Source: Hydrolagus colliei (taxonomy: Eukaryota). From it: a DNA stretch of 64,000 nucleotides. A program made the position numbers and the translations under genes. The stretch lies in NCBI GenBank assembly GCA_035084275.1, contig CM068769.1, positions 1,674,001 to 1,738,000 of the forward strand, in the 5' to 3' direction. Shown piece by piece: positions 61,390-64,000 of this stretch. Under the pieces are notes generated by a model, which saw only the letters and a list, made by a program, of their open reading frames with translations, was not told the DNA's origin and made no database searches. How positions within the stretch are numbered: the stretch's first letter is position 1; every line of letters starts with the position of its first letter.

Positions 61390-63029
61390 CTGAGATATGG
61401 TGAAGGAAGTAAAGAATTCAAAGGCTTGCAGCTAATTCAGGATTAACAGGAAATGTAATATATCAATGCATTTTGTTGTTGTACCTGTGTCACTGCGAGA
61501 TATTTTCATTACATAACGTAGCAAATTAGTTGAGTTACGCAACACTTAAAAAAAATATTAACGGTAACTATCGTTGCATTTACACTCATTTTACATTGTT
61601 TTCATGCATGAACCTTAGACACACTAGTCTCGGAACCATATAGTGGTGGGTTGAAGACCACAAACGGACTCGGAAGCATTATGATTATGCCAATACGTAA
61701 GGTCCAATCTGCATGTTCAGGTGGACAAAATAGATCAGCTAGAACTATTTGAAAAGAGAATGGGTATTCTACTTTTGTCCTGGCCAATAATATTCCTCCA
61801 ACTAAAATTATGTATCATTTCATGTATATTTCATGTGTATTTTATAACATTGTTTTGTGGACCTAGCTGCAACACATTTACCACAAAATATAGTCAATCG
61901 AAAATGTGCGTGGAGTCCTGGAGCTGAGTGGTTAGAGCATTGGCCTTGCAACCGAGACACTTGAGTTCGAATCCAAGCATATTGAAGTCTTCGGAAAGTT
62001 TCCTTTCTCCACAAGCCTAATAGTAATCTCTCAAGCTAAAACAATAATACGTTAGTTACGCAATCCACGAATTGGTGGAAATTGATGGAGGCAATTGGCC
62101 GCATATACATATCCCACAAATATACAATCCATTCAGTTTATAGTATACTTTGGAAATCGCTTTGGCACATCCAGAATATACGTAAAGCTCTGTATCATAT
62201 TCCAAAAAATATCAAAGGCAAAAATAAACCGCCTATGCAGGATATCCTACAACCACAGACATGATATGGCAATATATCAAACGCAAGCATTATGATTGGT
62301 AACTCAAGTTAACTCACTCTTCATGTACCCTAGTTTACACTGGTTATTAAGCAGATTGGAAAGATAGGGAGGTTCGAGCACATGATGTAGTCGGGAAATA
62401 TTGAAATTGATTCAATACTTTTTGAACCGTGTACTCTGGTACGTATTCGAAAGGTGGGGGTAAGGAATTTTGTATCGGAATTCGAGAGAGCAGCAAAAAG
62501 GCAAAGTCGAACCAGGAAGTGACAAGGCTTAGTCTGTTGTTGCGGCCGCTTCGGATGTGATTTACGAATTGTCAAACTTTAAATATGGCACTAGCCAGGG
62601 AACCGATATGGGGTTGTAAGAAACCTATGTATGGAACAAGGTGCCAAACTTCCACACAGTGAGTCGGATGGAGCCTTCATCGATGAAAATATGTTCAAAC
62701 GTGCATTCGTTGAAGGAAGCCAATAAATATGGCTTCCATTTTACTGCCATTCACCTGCGCAAAGTTTACACTCATTCAATAGTTGATGTCCCCAAATCAG
62801 CTAACAAGTCACCAGCCCACAGGCAGTCATCGCTTTGGAAGTAGATTTTTGGTGCAATACACAGTTAAATTGAAGTTGATCCCCAAGGCTGCAGATGGCA
62901 TCCCCAAGAGGGAACATGTATGTGTAGAAAAGACCGGGACCAGGGTTTGCACATTGTGGAACACTGTAGATGGCCGAGCAGAGGGGGGATGCACCATGAG
63001 CAGTTAGTGAAGTAGGACCAGATCCAAGA

Positions 63030-64000
63030 GATTGCAACAGCCATAACATTTCACTTGTAGAGCGCTATTTAAGTCGAGAGGACGACCCAATCCGCTGAAC
63101 AGACAGGAAAGGGCCTGGGAGAGGGAAAACTGTGGGGTGGAGGGGAGAGGCCAGAGAGAGGTAGGAGTCGAGGGAGAGTTGGGATGGCAGCAAAGGCACG
63201 GTCAAATAGGAGGGTCTTGAAATCGGCATTCAAGTAGGAGAGTCAAAGTGACACTGGGATGCAGTTCCAGAGTGTGGAATTAGAGAGGCTGAATGCCCAT
63301 CCGCTGCTGGTAGGTCGTGTCAGGTGGTAGATACGGAGCATACCGGAGCCCGATGAACAGAGGTGGTGGGGAATTTTATAGTGGGCAGCAGGTCGTTGTG
63401 ATGGATGGATAGACAAAGCTGGGAAGATAGGAGTGATTTTGCTGCGGAGATTGGTACGGATGAAAACACGAGCTACAGGGTTCTGGAGATGTTGACCTTC
63501 TGACGGGAAGACCCAGGATTGCCGACGAGGAGGGAATTTCCGTAGTCGAGCCTTGATTCGATGATTTCGTGGACCAGGCTTTCGGCTGCCTGTGGGTGAG
63601 GCAGTGGCAGAGGCTGGCAATGTTTCGAAGTGGGTGGAAGGAAGCTATTGCTCAAGGCATGGATGTGGGGGTGGAAGCACATTTAAGGGTCGAACAAGAC
63701 GTCCATTTTCCTGAGTCGCTTAAAGGGCGGTGAGTGCCCCTCTGGATGCTAATGGCGTCAGCGACTGAGCTGCAGAGGCGCTGATCCGAGCAGCTCAGGA
63801 GGGCTTCAGTGTTGCGGAGACACAACTGGACAATTTTGTTTTTTGTCCAGGGTTCAATGTTAGACAGGCAGTGAGGACGTTAGTGAGAACGTGGAGTTGA
63901 GGGTGGAAGCAAAAAGATAGAGTTGGGTGTGATCCGCATGCATTTCAAAATTTACCTCATGTCTGCGAATGATGTCACCGAGAGGATCAAACAGAGTGTG
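63030..64000 (-). mobile_element. L2 3' fragment running off the window
   Basis: IIESRLDYGNSLL; LQNPVARV; NSTLWNCIP; L2 tail near 63060. Confidence 0.8.

Noticed and set aside
56100-61421. Semi-open minus-strand frames with viral-looking words (KDKAI, HWG, DTDS) suggesting an endogenous viral element
   Set aside because: The motifs are not in polymerase order or context. The open parts are bounded by canonical splice sites and fit a spliced host gene.
1915-62000. tRNA-like sequences (A/B boxes, TTACAA/TCACAA loops)
   Set aside because: They lack complete cloverleaf pairing and run into SINE bodies and L2-type tails, so they are not tRNA genes.

Overview
Vertebrate genomic DNA, most likely from a cartilaginous fish. 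That assignment is an inference from the repeat landscape: CR1 LINEs with (ATTCTATG)n tails, L2 LINEs with (TTG)n tails, and tRNA-headed SINEs with L2-type tails. The left 14 kb holds five T-cell receptor alpha/delta-type V genes on the minus strand, in three families. Each has a leader exon, a phase-1 intron, a V exon and a 22/23-bp-spacer RSS. Four have open frames. One is a pseudogene with an in-frame stop and a broken heptamer. No further V/RSS was found in the remaining 50 kb, so this may be the distal edge of the locus. Four things stand out. (1) Every RSS is followed immediately by a tRNA-derived SINE head with a Pol III A/B box. (2) Inverted duplications abut two RSS nonamers. (3) A duplicated non-coding block carries a CTCF consensus oriented with the V genes. 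(4) A minus-strand spliced gene, not visible as a single ORF, runs from 61.4 to 49.3 kb with eight frame-compatible exons, tandem heptad exons and a transmembrane exon. Two paralogous TM exons and Tyr-motif remnants lie at 34-39 kb. The rest is L2/CR1/SINE fragments, a near full-length L2, an ERV LTR with its polypurine tract, simple repeats and two assembly gaps. Repeat boundaries are approximate. Exon and RSS boundaries were counted by hand.
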